DNA of 45,894 nt from Candidatus Actinomarina sp. (GTDB lineage Bacteria > Actinomycetota > Acidimicrobiia > Actinomarinales > Actinomarinaceae). The notes under the pieces were generated by a model. It did not search any database. It was not told the DNA's origin and saw only the letters and a list, made by a program, of their open reading frames with translations. The position numbers were made by a program, and so were the translations under genes. This document shows positions 19,931 through 29,060 of the stretch, piece after piece (position 1 is the first letter of the stretch; the number at the start of each line of letters is the position of its first letter). The stretch spans positions 1 to 45,894 of the forward strand of contig JADHQS010000003.1 of assembly GCA_016777845.1 (NCBI GenBank), in the 5' to 3' direction.

Positions 19931-20812
19931 TTAAATACTACTCAAAGTAAAAAAAATATCTGCCACCATAGATAGGAAAATTACAGCAAGATATGTATTT
20001 GAAAAAACAAAATAAGAAATTGCTTTTATTTGTTTTCTATAAAGCTGGTATGACTTATACATTAAATACAATCCAAAAATTATTGACAATAAAAGATATA
20101 CCATTCCTAATTGAAGAATTGGAGCGAGAAACAATGAAGTCAATACCGTTGCGCATGAATATATTCCAATAAATATTGATGTTCTTTTGTATGATTCTTG
20201 AGTTGGCAACATGGGAAAGTTTGCATCTTTATAATCATTTAACTTATCAATTGATAAAGCCCAAAAATGAGCTGGAGTCCAAAGAAAAACTAATAAAAAC
20301 AAAAGCCATGAACCAGTATCTAAATTTGTACCAGTAGCAGACCACCCTATTAGAACTGGGGCTGCCCCCGCAGCTCCTCCTATGACTATATTTTGATTTG
20401 TTCTTGGCTTTAAAACAAGAGTGTAAATAAATGAATAAAAAATATTTGCAAAAAGAGCAATGAATGCAGCAAGTTCTGTTGTCTGGGTGTACAAAACTAG
20501 AAATCCTACTAACCCAAGGGAAACCGAATAAACATAGGCACTTTTTTTATTAATCTCTCCAGTTACAAGAGGTCTGTTTGCTGTTCTCTCCATAAGTCTG
20601 TCAGTTTCAATTTCAAATATTTGGTTTAGAACATTTGCACTGACAGCTAGTAAGGTACCACCTAGTAGGGTGAATACTACTAGTTCGAGAGGCGGAAAAC
20701 CATATATTGATACAATCATTGATGGAACCGTTGTAATTAATAAAAGCTCGACAATTCTTAATTTTGAAAGTCTTATATATTTAGATAAATTTTTTTTGGC
20801 AACAGTTTCCAT
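19931..20812 (-). CDS. ctaB: Heme O synthase (protoheme IX farnesyltransferase)
   Basis: KLRIVELLL, NQ..E..D.LM.RT..RP, YTLVLKPRT.QNIVIGG and WTPAHFWAL motifs. Confidence 0.95.
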   Translation of the reverse strand: METVAKKNLSKYIRLSKLRIVELLLITTVPSMIVSIYGFPPLELVVFTLLGGTLLAVSANVLNQIFEIETDRLMERTANRPLVTGEINKKSAYVYSVSLGLVGFLVLYTQTTELAAFIALFANIFYSFIYTLVLKPRTNQNIVIGGAAGAAPVLIGWSATGTNLDTGSWLLFLLVFLWTPAHFWALSIDKLNDYKDANFPMLPTQESYKRTSIFIGIYSCATVLTSLFLAPILQLGMVYLLLSIIFGLYLMYKSYQLYRKQIKAISYFVFSNTYLAVIFLSMVADIFFTLSSI

Positions 20813-20884
20813 AACGACATAGTACTTATGATTACACTATATATTGTTTCAACGCTATTCTTAATAATTGTTGATAATATAAAT

Positions 20885-21898
20885 ATGCTTGTGAAAAACA
20901 TTTTTAAGTTAAAGAATTTAAAATTTTCGTCCTTGATACTCTTATCTGCTTGTATCGAAAATGCCCCTTTAGACTCTTTAAGTCCTGAGGGCCCTTATGC
21001 TAGATCAATAGATGAATTATTTTGGTTAACTTTTTGGATAGCTGTAGTAATTTTTGTAATTGTACAGGGTGCTTTACTTCTCTCTGTTTTTGTTTTTAAA
21101 GAAAAACCAGACAGTCCTGAACCGAAACAGATACATGGAAACACTAAATTAGAAATTTTATGGACAGTCATTCCAGTAATTATTTTGGCAGTTATTGCGG
21201 TACCCACAGTTAAAACAATTTTTGAACTAGCAAACGAACCTGAAGACGCTTTGAAAGTTGAAGTAATTGGCCACCAATGGTGGTTTGAATATAAATACCC
21301 AGATTATGACATAACAACTGCAAATGTATTAGTTATCCCAGCTGATAAGCCAATAAGGCTTGAAATGTGGTCTAACGATGTTCTTCACAATTACTGGGTT
21401 CCAAAATTAAATGGAAAAAGATACCTTGTACCCGGACAAACGACATATTTAAATTTACACGCTGATTCTCCAGATGAGTTTTGGGCACAGTGTGGTGAAT
21501 ATTGTGGATTAAGCCACTCTAAAATGCGTGGTCGTGTGCTATCACTTTCGGAATCCGATTTTGAAGCATGGGTAAAAAATCAGCAGCAAAATGCTAATAA
21601 ACTCGAGGGGAATTCCTTAGCAGCTGAGGGTCAACAAGTTTATCTGAATGCTGGATGTACACAATGTCATGTTATTGATGGTGTTTGGGATGTGCAGGGA
21701 GATAGAATAGCTCCGAATTTAACTCACTTTGCTAATAGAAATGTTTTTGCCGGGGCAGCGCTTTACAATACTGAAGAGAATCTAAGCAAATGGCTTGCAA
21801 ATCCTGCTGAAATAAAACCGGGTACATTTATGCCTAACCTAGAATTGACTGAAGCAGAAATAAATGCTTTAATTGCGTATTTAGGAACACTTAAATGA
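20885..21898 (+). CDS. ctaC: Cytochrome c oxidase subunit II with fused cytochrome c (caa3 type), lipoprotein
   Basis: Lipobox LLSA-C, two TM helices, GHQWWFEY, CuA ligands DVLH...CGEYCGLSH..M, then CTQCH and a distal MP. The start is uncertain (ATG 20885 or GTG 20891). Confidence 0.95.
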   Translation: MLVKNIFKLKNLKFSSLILLSACIENAPLDSLSPEGPYARSIDELFWLTFWIAVVIFVIVQGALLLSVFVFKEKPDSPEPKQIHGNTKLEILWTVIPVIILAVIAVPTVKTIFELANEPEDALKVEVIGHQWWFEYKYPDYDITTANVLVIPADKPIRLEMWSNDVLHNYWVPKLNGKRYLVPGQTTYLNLHADSPDEFWAQCGEYCGLSHSKMRGRVLSLSESDFEAWVKNQQQNANKLEGNSLAAEGQQVYLNAGCTQCHVIDGVWDVQGDRIAPNLTHFANRNVFAGAALYNTEENLSKWLANPAEIKPGTFMPNLELTEAEINALIAYLGTLK

Positions 21899-23853
21899 CA
21901 AAAATAATAGAACCAAGTAAACAAAGCAGTATTTTCAGAAGGCCTTCTTCTGAGACAGGTATATGGAGTTGGATAACTACTGTAGATCATAAAAGAATTG
22001 GAATAATGTATGGTTATGCAGCGTTTTTCTTTCTTTTGATTGGTGGACTTGAAGCACTCATTCTTAGAATTCAGCTTTCACAACCAGACAATAATTTTTT
22101 AACAGCGGCAGAGTACAATGCAATGTTTACAATGCATGGGACCACAATGATTTTCTTGGCAATTATGCCAATTAGTGCTGCCTTCTTTAATTACCTTCTT
22201 CCGCTACAAATTGGTGCACGTGATGTTGCTTTCCCTAGGCTTAATGCTCTCTCATTCTGGATATTTATTTTCGGAGGAGCATTTTTATATTCCACATTTA
22301 TATTCGGTACTGCAGGAGCACCAGAAGGTGGGTACTTAGCTGAAGAAGTTGGTTGGCTAGGGTCAGCACCTAATGGTGGTTGGTTTGGTTATCAACCTAA
22401 TGCAGGTATGAAATACTCCCCAGGGACTGCCATGGATTACTGGGCTATAGGGTTACAGATACTTGGAATTGCCTCTTTAATTTCTGCATTTAATTTTATT
22501 ACAACCATTATCAACATGAGAACTGAAGGCATGCGATTCATGAGGATGCCAGTATTTACTTGGATGACTTTCGCTGTATCTTTTTTGCTTGCATTTTCTT
22601 TGCCAATAATTGCTATAGCTCTTTTCTATGTGACGTTTGATAGAAAATTTGGAACTACGTTTTTCTTAACGGAGGGTGGTGGTGATCCAATTTTATGGCA
22701 GCATCTTTTCTGGTTATTCGGCCATCCAGAAGTTTATATTCTAATTCTGCCTGCGTTCGGAATAGTCTCCGAAGTACTTCCAACTTTTTCAAGAAAACCA
22801 CTATTTGGTTATGCTGCAATAGTTTTTGCAGGATTTGGAATTGCGTTTATAGGCTTTGGCGTATGGGCTCACCACATGTTTGCTTCTGCGATTAGCCCAG
22901 TTGCTCAAGCTGGTTTTGGTTTATCAACGATGGTAATTGCTGTCCCAACAGGTGTAAAAATATTCAACTGGCTTGGAACAATATGGGGTGGGAAGCTAAA
23001 GCTGAATACTCCAATGCTGTTTTCGTTAGGTTTTATAGGTATGTTTGTAATTGGTGGCTTGAGTGGTGTAACTCACTCAATAGTTCCAGCTGATACGCAG
23101 CAAACAGATACCTACTATGTTGTAGCTCACTTTCACTATGTTTTGTTTGGTGGAGCTTTGTTTGGAATTTTTTCTGGACTTTATTATTGGTTTCCAAAAG
23201 TTTGGGGCAAAATGTACAACGAATCACTTGGCAAGATACATTTTTGGCTAATGATGATTGGTTTTAATCTTACTTTTGGTCCAATGCATTGGTTAGGATT
23301 ACAAGGTCAGGTAAGGCGTACCTGGGTATATGCGGAAGAAACAAACCTACAATTCTGGAATATAGTTGTAACAGTTGGAGCTTTTATCATTGCTTTGTCA
23401 ATTATTGTTTTCATGATTAACTGGATATTCTCAAAGAGAAATGGGGAAATAGCTCCATTTGATCCTTGGGATGCTAGAACGTTAGAGTGGACCATACCAT
23501 CGCCTACACCCGTTTGGAACTTTTCAACAGCACCTATTGTTAAATCCCTTGATGACTTCTGGCATACTAAATATTCTGAAGACGAAGATGGAAGAGCAGT
23601 AAAACGTAAAGAAGCTGATCAGATACTTCTTGAATTAGAAGAAGACGGCCTTAACCCTAGTGAACATATTGCTTTACCTAATCCTTCGTATTTTCCGATT
23701 GTCCTTGCATCTGGTCTTCCGTTTCTGGGATACGCAGTTATTTATAAATCAATTCCATTAGCTTTAATTGGTACCGTTTTGTTACTCATAGGAGCATTTG
23801 GTTGGGGAACAGAACCTCTTGAAGAAGAAATTCACTTAGACTCAGATGAGTAG
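21895..23853 (+). CDS. ctaD: Cytochrome c oxidase subunit I (A1 type)
   Basis: DHKRIG, TMHG, WLFGHPEVY, WAHHMF and VAHFHY motifs; two extra C-terminal TM helices. Confidence 0.98.
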   Translation: MTKIIEPSKQSSIFRRPSSETGIWSWITTVDHKRIGIMYGYAAFFFLLIGGLEALILRIQLSQPDNNFLTAAEYNAMFTMHGTTMIFLAIMPISAAFFNYLLPLQIGARDVAFPRLNALSFWIFIFGGAFLYSTFIFGTAGAPEGGYLAEEVGWLGSAPNGGWFGYQPNAGMKYSPGTAMDYWAIGLQILGIASLISAFNFITTIINMRTEGMRFMRMPVFTWMTFAVSFLLAFSLPIIAIALFYVTFDRKFGTTFFLTEGGGDPILWQHLFWLFGHPEVYILILPAFGIVSEVLPTFSRKPLFGYAAIVFAGFGIAFIGFGVWAHHMFASAISPVAQAGFGLSTMVIAVPTGVKIFNWLGTIWGGKLKLNTPMLFSLGFIGMFVIGGLSGVTHSIVPADTQQTDTYYVVAHFHYVLFGGALFGIFSGLYYWFPKVWGKMYNESLGKIHFWLMMIGFNLTFGPMHWLGLQGQVRRTWVYAEETNLQFWNIVVTVGAFIIALSIIVFMINWIFSKRNGEIAPFDPWDARTLEWTIPSPTPVWNFSTAPIVKSLDDFWHTKYSEDEDGRAVKRKEADQILLELEEDGLNPSEHIALPNPSYFPIVLASGLPFLGYAVIYKSIPLALIGTVLLLIGAFGWGTEPLEEEIHLDSDE

Positions 23854-24430
23854 CTCTCACTCCTATCCCCATGAACCCACAGGTGTAGAAACCAGAAAAC
23901 TTGGTATGTGGGTATTTTTATCCACTGAAATATTGTTTTTTGGCACATTAATTACCACTTTTATGATATTTAAAGGAAGTGACTTTCCTGGAATGAAATT
24001 AACAGATGTATATGATATTCCATTTACATCCATTAGCTCTTTTATCTTGTTAATGAGTTCATTGACTATGGTTTTGGCTCACAATGCATTAGAAGCAAAT
24101 GATCAAGAAAAAACAAGAGTATGGCTTCTAGCAACAGCAATGTTAGGTGCAGTATTTTTAGCTGGTCAAATATATGAATTTACAGAGTTTTATCATAAAG
24201 GTTTTGAGCTTACAACAAATATCTTTAGTTCATCTTTTTATGTATTAACTGGCTTTCATGGATTGCATGTTTTTATTGGTGTAGTCTTACTTTTAGCATT
24301 GTGGGGAATCGGTCAAAGACAAAAAGGGTTAACACTTGAAGGTGGAATGAATCTTGAGTTTGTTGCTCTTTATTGGCACTTTGTTGACATTGTTTGGATA
24401 GTATTGTTTACAATAGTTTACTTAATTTGA
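23846..24430 (+). CDS. ctaE: Cytochrome c oxidase subunit III
   Basis: WVFLSTE, TGFHGLHV and LYWHFVDIVW motifs. Confidence 0.96.
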   Translation: MSSSHSYPHEPTGVETRKLGMWVFLSTEILFFGTLITTFMIFKGSDFPGMKLTDVYDIPFTSISSFILLMSSLTMVLAHNALEANDQEKTRVWLLATAMLGAVFLAGQIYEFTEFYHKGFELTTNIFSSSFYVLTGFHGLHVFIGVVLLLALWGIGQRQKGLTLEGGMNLEFVALYWHFVDIVWIVLFTIVYLI

Positions 24431-24431
24431 T

Positions 24432-24731
24432 ATGTCCGATAATCACATAGAACACCCAACTCCAAAAAAATATGTTCAAATTGCAATTGTACTTGGTATC
24501 TTAACTGCAATTGAGATAGCTCTTTATTATACAGAAGATATTGTTGGTGTTTTCACTGACCCACTTTTGATATTTTTAGCTGTAGGAAAGTTCATAATTG
24601 TAGTTGGTTGGTTTATGCATCTGCGTTATGAAAATAAGACAATTAATAGGTTCTTTGTTGGCGGTATGATTTTAGCTTTGATACTTTTTACAATCGTCAT
24701 GGTCGAAAGAGCTTCGGCTAATTATTTTTAG
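24432..24731 (+). CDS. Cytochrome c oxidase subunit IV family protein
   Basis: HPTPKKY, LT.IE and KF..VV..FMHL motifs; three TM helices; position in the cox operon. Confidence 0.88.
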   Translation: MSDNHIEHPTPKKYVQIAIVLGILTAIEIALYYTEDIVGVFTDPLLIFLAVGKFIIVVGWFMHLRYENKTINRFFVGGMILALILFTIVMVERASANYF

Positions 24732-24737
24732 GTTTTA

Positions 24738-25517
24738 ATGCAGAACTTACCTTGGCATCCTCACTATGACGTATGGGCTTTAATTGTGACTCTTGTAGTA
24801 TTTTTTGAATTTACTACTAACAAAGAGCATCTAAAAAAACCTAAAAGAAAAACATGGTACTCGGGGCTGATAGCACTCTGGATATTTACTGATTACCCAA
24901 TACATGATATTGGTGAAAAATACTTGTTTTGGGTTCATTCTATAGAACACCTCGTTTTGGCTTTAGTTTCCCCTCCTCTTTTATTAATGGGTATGCATAG
25001 GGATATGAAAGAACTTATTTCAGTTAAACCATTTATCAAAACTTTAAAATTAACGTCTAAACCTGTAGTTGCTTTTTTTATGTTTAATTTTGTAATGGTG
25101 GGTATGCATTGGTCCTCTGTTGTGAATCTAATGGTAACAAACACTATTGCACATTTTTTTATACACTCGATAATGCTTTTGGTCTCATTAAACATGTGGG
25201 TACCGGTAATAGGGTTTAATGATGAAATTAAGCCAATAAACTCTGCTGCAAAAATAGGATACTTATTTTTACAATCATTACTGCCAACAATACCAGCAAG
25301 TTTTCTAGCTTTTGGTACTGAGCCACTTTATTCAGCATATGTTATGAGTGATAACATATTCAGCATTTCAGTAATTAATGATCAGACATTGGCAGGTTTG
25401 ATATTAAAACTTGGTGGTGGAATTATTTTGTGGATTTCAATCCTAGTTATTTGGATGAGATGGTACCAAGATGAAAAAACGTTTGATGATGTAGTTAGAA
25501 ACAACTCAAATGACTAG
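24738..25517 (+). CDS. ctaG: caa3-type cytochrome c oxidase assembly factor CtaG
   Basis: YLFWVHSIEH..L...PPLLL.G, WVPV, PLY..Y and DQ.LAG..LK motifs. Confidence 0.88.
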   Translation: MQNLPWHPHYDVWALIVTLVVFFEFTTNKEHLKKPKRKTWYSGLIALWIFTDYPIHDIGEKYLFWVHSIEHLVLALVSPPLLLMGMHRDMKELISVKPFIKTLKLTSKPVVAFFMFNFVMVGMHWSSVVNLMVTNTIAHFFIHSIMLLVSLNMWVPVIGFNDEIKPINSAAKIGYLFLQSLLPTIPASFLAFGTEPLYSAYVMSDNIFSISVINDQTLAGLILKLGGGIILWISILVIWMRWYQDEKTFDDVVRNNSND

Positions 25518-25535
25518 AATTATATAGATTTTATT

Positions 25536-26651
25536 ATGGATGAAAAACTAGTAGAACAAGTTAGCTCAAGCAGTGGTATTCCTCAAATGTTGGTATCACG
25601 ATCTGCACAAGCAAGGGCTGAGGCATCTGGTATTTCTGTAAATGATGTTCTCAACAGTTGGTCTGGTGGTGAGGCTATCCAAGCAGCGCCAGCTAATGAA
25701 ACAGTATCAGAATCTCAAGTAGTAGTCGAAGACACTCCTACTCCAGTAGAAGAGCAAGTAGATAAACCAGTTGAAGTAGCAGATCCTGAAAATCTTGTAG
25801 AACCAATTCAAACAGCAGTTTTAATAAGAGAAGACTTGCCCCCTCCTGTAAGTATTAGTCAAAAATTATTAAGGTCTTTAAAATTTGGAATGGGTTTTGG
25901 AGTTATAGCTGGATTTGTCCAGGGACTTCTTTCAAGTTCTTATCTCTATGATGGCCTCATATTGGAAGCTGAAACACAGAAGTTAATAGCTGAATACGAT
26001 GCTGTTTCTTTTGTCATAATTATTTCTCTATCTTCAAGTTTTCTTGGAATAATTAACTCATTAAACGTTAAAAAGTTTTTAGATTCAAATTTTGATGGTT
26101 TTGGAATACTTACTTCTGATAGAGAATCTGTATTTACTGGTGGTGGTCTAGGTTTAGTTTTAGGTTCCTCAACAGCATTTTTTATAATTAATAGCGTTGG
26201 GCAGACAATAGAACCAGTGCTTCCTGATGATCCGGTAATAAATTTAATTACAGTTGGTGGCGCTTTTTGGAGAGTTGTAGTTTTATCAACTTTTGTACAA
26301 GCTGCGATATCTACCTTGACAATGCTACTTGGTGTTCCTAAAGGGCTTGAAGATTTTGAGGATTCTGAAGCACAGAAAATACGCCAAAGAATTGTTGGCT
26401 CAATCGTGATTCCACTGGGATCAATAATTGTTGGTGGTCTAATAGCGGTTGCTATTGCGCAAGTATTTTTAAACTTTCATGAATATGCACCACTATTTGC
26501 ATTAATTATTTCAGCGGCAATTTTACTTTTTGCAAGTGTAATGAGCGCAGCTCCAAAGATAAAAATTACAAGAAGTGAGGTTCTAATTGCGTCCGCTGGA
26601 GTGTTGACTCTTATTGTTATAATTGCTAGTGTGGCTGCAAGCCAACACTAA
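25536..26651 (+). CDS. Hypothetical multi-pass membrane protein downstream of the cox operon
   Basis: 371-aa ORF: small helical N-domain, acidic/Pro-rich linker and about 7 hydrophobic segments; co-oriented 18 nt after ctaG. Confidence 0.75.
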   Translation: MDEKLVEQVSSSSGIPQMLVSRSAQARAEASGISVNDVLNSWSGGEAIQAAPANETVSESQVVVEDTPTPVEEQVDKPVEVADPENLVEPIQTAVLIREDLPPPVSISQKLLRSLKFGMGFGVIAGFVQGLLSSSYLYDGLILEAETQKLIAEYDAVSFVIIISLSSSFLGIINSLNVKKFLDSNFDGFGILTSDRESVFTGGGLGLVLGSSTAFFIINSVGQTIEPVLPDDPVINLITVGGAFWRVVVLSTFVQAAISTLTMLLGVPKGLEDFEDSEAQKIRQRIVGSIVIPLGSIIVGGLIAVAIAQVFLNFHEYAPLFALIISAAILLFASVMSAAPKIKITRSEVLIASAGVLTLIVIIASVAASQH

Positions 26652-26655
26652 ATTA

Positions 26656-27915
26656 ATGAATCAAACTTTTAACAAAATTGAAACCGTAGAAGAATACTTA
26701 TCATCTGAAAGATGGTCTGGCATAAAAAGAGATTACTCTGTTAACGATGTCTGTTCTTTGAGACCTTCATATAAAGTAGAACACACATTATCTGAGATTG
26801 GGTCTGAACTACTTTTGGATCTTCTTTATAGAAAAGATTCATGGGTATCTGGACTAGGAGCGGCAACAGCTCAACAAGCACTCCAAATGTACCATCTTGA
26901 TTATGAAATAATTTATGTTAGTGGTTGGCAAGTAGCAGCAGAGAGCAACATTGGAGCTAATACATACCCAGACTTATCACTTTATCCATCAAACAGTACT
27001 CCAAATTTTGTGAAAAAAATTAATAATACTTTACTGAGAAGGATGGCAGAACTAGATAAGAAAAAGTTACCTCCAATTATTGCCGATGGAGAGTCTGGTT
27101 TTGGTGGAATTTATAATGTATACGAACTTACAAATCAATTTATAGATTCTGGAGTATCCGGAATTCATTTTGAAGACCAACTTGCTTCTGAAAAAAAATG
27201 TGGACATGTTGGTGGGAAGGTTGTAATTCCTACACATGAATATATTAAAAAACTTAATGCTGCAAGATTGTCGTCTGATGTTTTAGGAGTTCCAGTGGTT
27301 ATTATTGCTAGAACAGATGCAATGAACGCAAAACTGATGACATCAGATTTTGATGATAGGGACAGTAAATATCTTAGTAAAAATAGAACTTCTGATGGTT
27401 ACTACTTAATTGAAAACAACCATGAAATGGCAATAACAAAATCACTCAACTACGCGGAGTATGCAGATGTAGTATGGTGCGAAACTAACACTCCAGATTT
27501 AGGCTTTGCAAAAGAATTTGCTGATGAAATTAAGAAATCTCATCCAAATAAAATTCTTGCATATAATTGCTCTCCATCATTTAATTGGTTAGATAAATTT
27601 ACTAAAAAAGAAATTGAAAACTTCCAAAGTGAACTCAGTTCTTATGGTTATAAATTACAATTTGTCTCTCTAGCCGGTTTTCATTCATTAGCAAGTTCAA
27701 TGTATGACTTGGCATCAAAATACAAAGGTGGAAATATGAGTGCAATCTTAGAACTTCAACAGTTTGAAAAAAAATTATCAAAAGATGGTTATACAGGAAT
27801 CAAGCATCAACAAGAAGTTGGTGGGAATTACTATGAAAAAATTGGTGAAGCCTTACTTGGAGATGAATCTGAATTACTTTCAGAAAAAGACTCTACAGAG
27901 AATACACAATTTTAA
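26656..27915 (+). CDS. aceA: Isocitrate lyase
   Basis: RW.GI.RDY, YVSGWQVAA, HFEDQLASEKKCGH, ARTDA, LAYNCSPSFNW and KHQQEVG motifs; ATG 26656 preferred. Confidence 0.93.
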   Translation: MNQTFNKIETVEEYLSSERWSGIKRDYSVNDVCSLRPSYKVEHTLSEIGSELLLDLLYRKDSWVSGLGAATAQQALQMYHLDYEIIYVSGWQVAAESNIGANTYPDLSLYPSNSTPNFVKKINNTLLRRMAELDKKKLPPIIADGESGFGGIYNVYELTNQFIDSGVSGIHFEDQLASEKKCGHVGGKVVIPTHEYIKKLNAARLSSDVLGVPVVIIARTDAMNAKLMTSDFDDRDSKYLSKNRTSDGYYLIENNHEMAITKSLNYAEYADVVWCETNTPDLGFAKEFADEIKKSHPNKILAYNCSPSFNWLDKFTKKEIENFQSELSSYGYKLQFVSLAGFHSLASSMYDLASKYKGGNMSAILELQQFEKKLSKDGYTGIKHQQEVGGNYYEKIGEALLGDESELLSEKDSTENTQF

Positions 27916-27927
27916 TAGAATATAAAA

Positions 27928-28776
27928 ATGACATATTTTAAAAACAAAACAGTAATTATGAGTGGAGGATCTCGTGGGGTGGGTCTAGAAATCGCAAAGG
28001 CACTTGGAAAAGATGGGGCAAATATTGCAATTTTAGCAAAAACAACAGAGCCTCATCCAGCTCTTCCAGGAACAATTTTCACTGCTGCAGAAGAGATTGA
28101 AGAAGTTGGTGGAACTGCACTTCCGATAGTTTGTGATATTAGATATGAAGAGCAAGTAGAGGCTGCTGTTGAAGAAGCAGCAAGCAAGTTTGGGGGCATC
28201 GATATTTGTATCAATAATGCAAGTGCTATACACCTAACTGATACTGTTAACACCCCAATGAAAAGATACGACTTAATGCACAACATAAATGTTCGCGGTA
28301 CATTTATGTTAAGTCAAAAATGCATTCCTCACTTAATTAAGGGGGATAATTCACATATCTTGACGCTTTCACCACCTTTAGATATAGCGCGAAAGTGGTT
28401 TGGTATGACTCTTGCTTACACAACTGCAAAGTATGGAATGTCACTTGTTGCACATGGTCTGGCTGAAGAACTTGGAAAGCACAATGTTGCATCTAATTGT
28501 TTGTGGCCAAGAACCTCTCTTGATACCGCAGCTGTAAGAAATGTAATCGGAGAAGAGCTAATAAAAGGTTCCAGGAAGCCCTCAATATATGCTGATGCCG
28601 CATATGCCGTATTAAAAAGAGACTCTTCATCATGCACGGGTAATTTCTTTTTAGACCAAGATGTACTTGAGGAAGAAGGCGTTACAGATTTCGATCAGTA
28701 CGCAATAGATCCAGAGGCAAAGCTTGTATCAGACTTTTTTGTCGATGACAATCCTGATGATTGGATTCAGGCTTAG
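27928..28776 (+). CDS. Short-chain dehydrogenase, HSDL2-like
   Basis: GGSRGVG, AKT.EPHP.LPGTI, NNASAI, Y..AKYGMS and LWPRT motifs. Confidence 0.92.
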   Translation: MTYFKNKTVIMSGGSRGVGLEIAKALGKDGANIAILAKTTEPHPALPGTIFTAAEEIEEVGGTALPIVCDIRYEEQVEAAVEEAASKFGGIDICINNASAIHLTDTVNTPMKRYDLMHNINVRGTFMLSQKCIPHLIKGDNSHILTLSPPLDIARKWFGMTLAYTTAKYGMSLVAHGLAEELGKHNVASNCLWPRTSLDTAAVRNVIGEELIKGSRKPSIYADAAYAVLKRDSSSCTGNFFLDQDVLEEEGVTDFDQYAIDPEAKLVSDFFVDDNPDDWIQA

Positions 28777-29000
28777 TTACCTAAAAAGTCTATTACGCTT
28801 TACCAACCTTTAGAAACATCTTTATAGAACTCTGTATATTGACAATTTGAACAGGTAATTGCAAGAAATTTACGATTTTGAAAATTCATAAAACGTGACC
28901 AACCCATTCCAGTCATAGTGACTGTGTCTTCAGAATATTCAGTTGATTAACATTTAGGACATGTCCAAATTTTTTGTTGTGTTGGATATCTTTCTTCCAT
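28773..29000 (-). pseudogene. Small zinc-ribbon protein gene (DUF2082/YpzJ-like) interrupted by two in-frame TAA codons
   Basis: Manual translation: MEERYPTQQKIWTCPKC*STEYSEDTVTMTGMGWSRFMNFQNRKFLAITCSNCQYTEFYKDVSKGW*SVIDFLGN*. Internal stops at 28947-28949 and 28800-28802. Not in the ORF track. Confidence 0.82.
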
Positions 29001-29060
29001 ATTTATATACTAATTACTTTTTTAGATGGAATCTGTAATTTAAGAAAGGTAAAATTTAGT

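Noticed and set aside
13454-24430. Other TGA-terminated genes (hflX, gnd, ctaC, ctaE) as selenoproteins
   Set aside because: The TGAs fall at natural C-termini, often as ATGA overlaps, and do not correspond to conserved Cys positions.
28773-29000. Genome-wide TAA reassignment
   Set aside because: TAA ends many genes exactly at their expected C-termini (e.g. leuC, aceA), often abutting the next start, and no other gene shows an internal TAA.
28974-29060. Track start of the 684-aa ORF
   Set aside because: It overlaps the zinc-ribbon gene start and divergent promoters; the lipoprotein signal peptide begins at ATG 29061.
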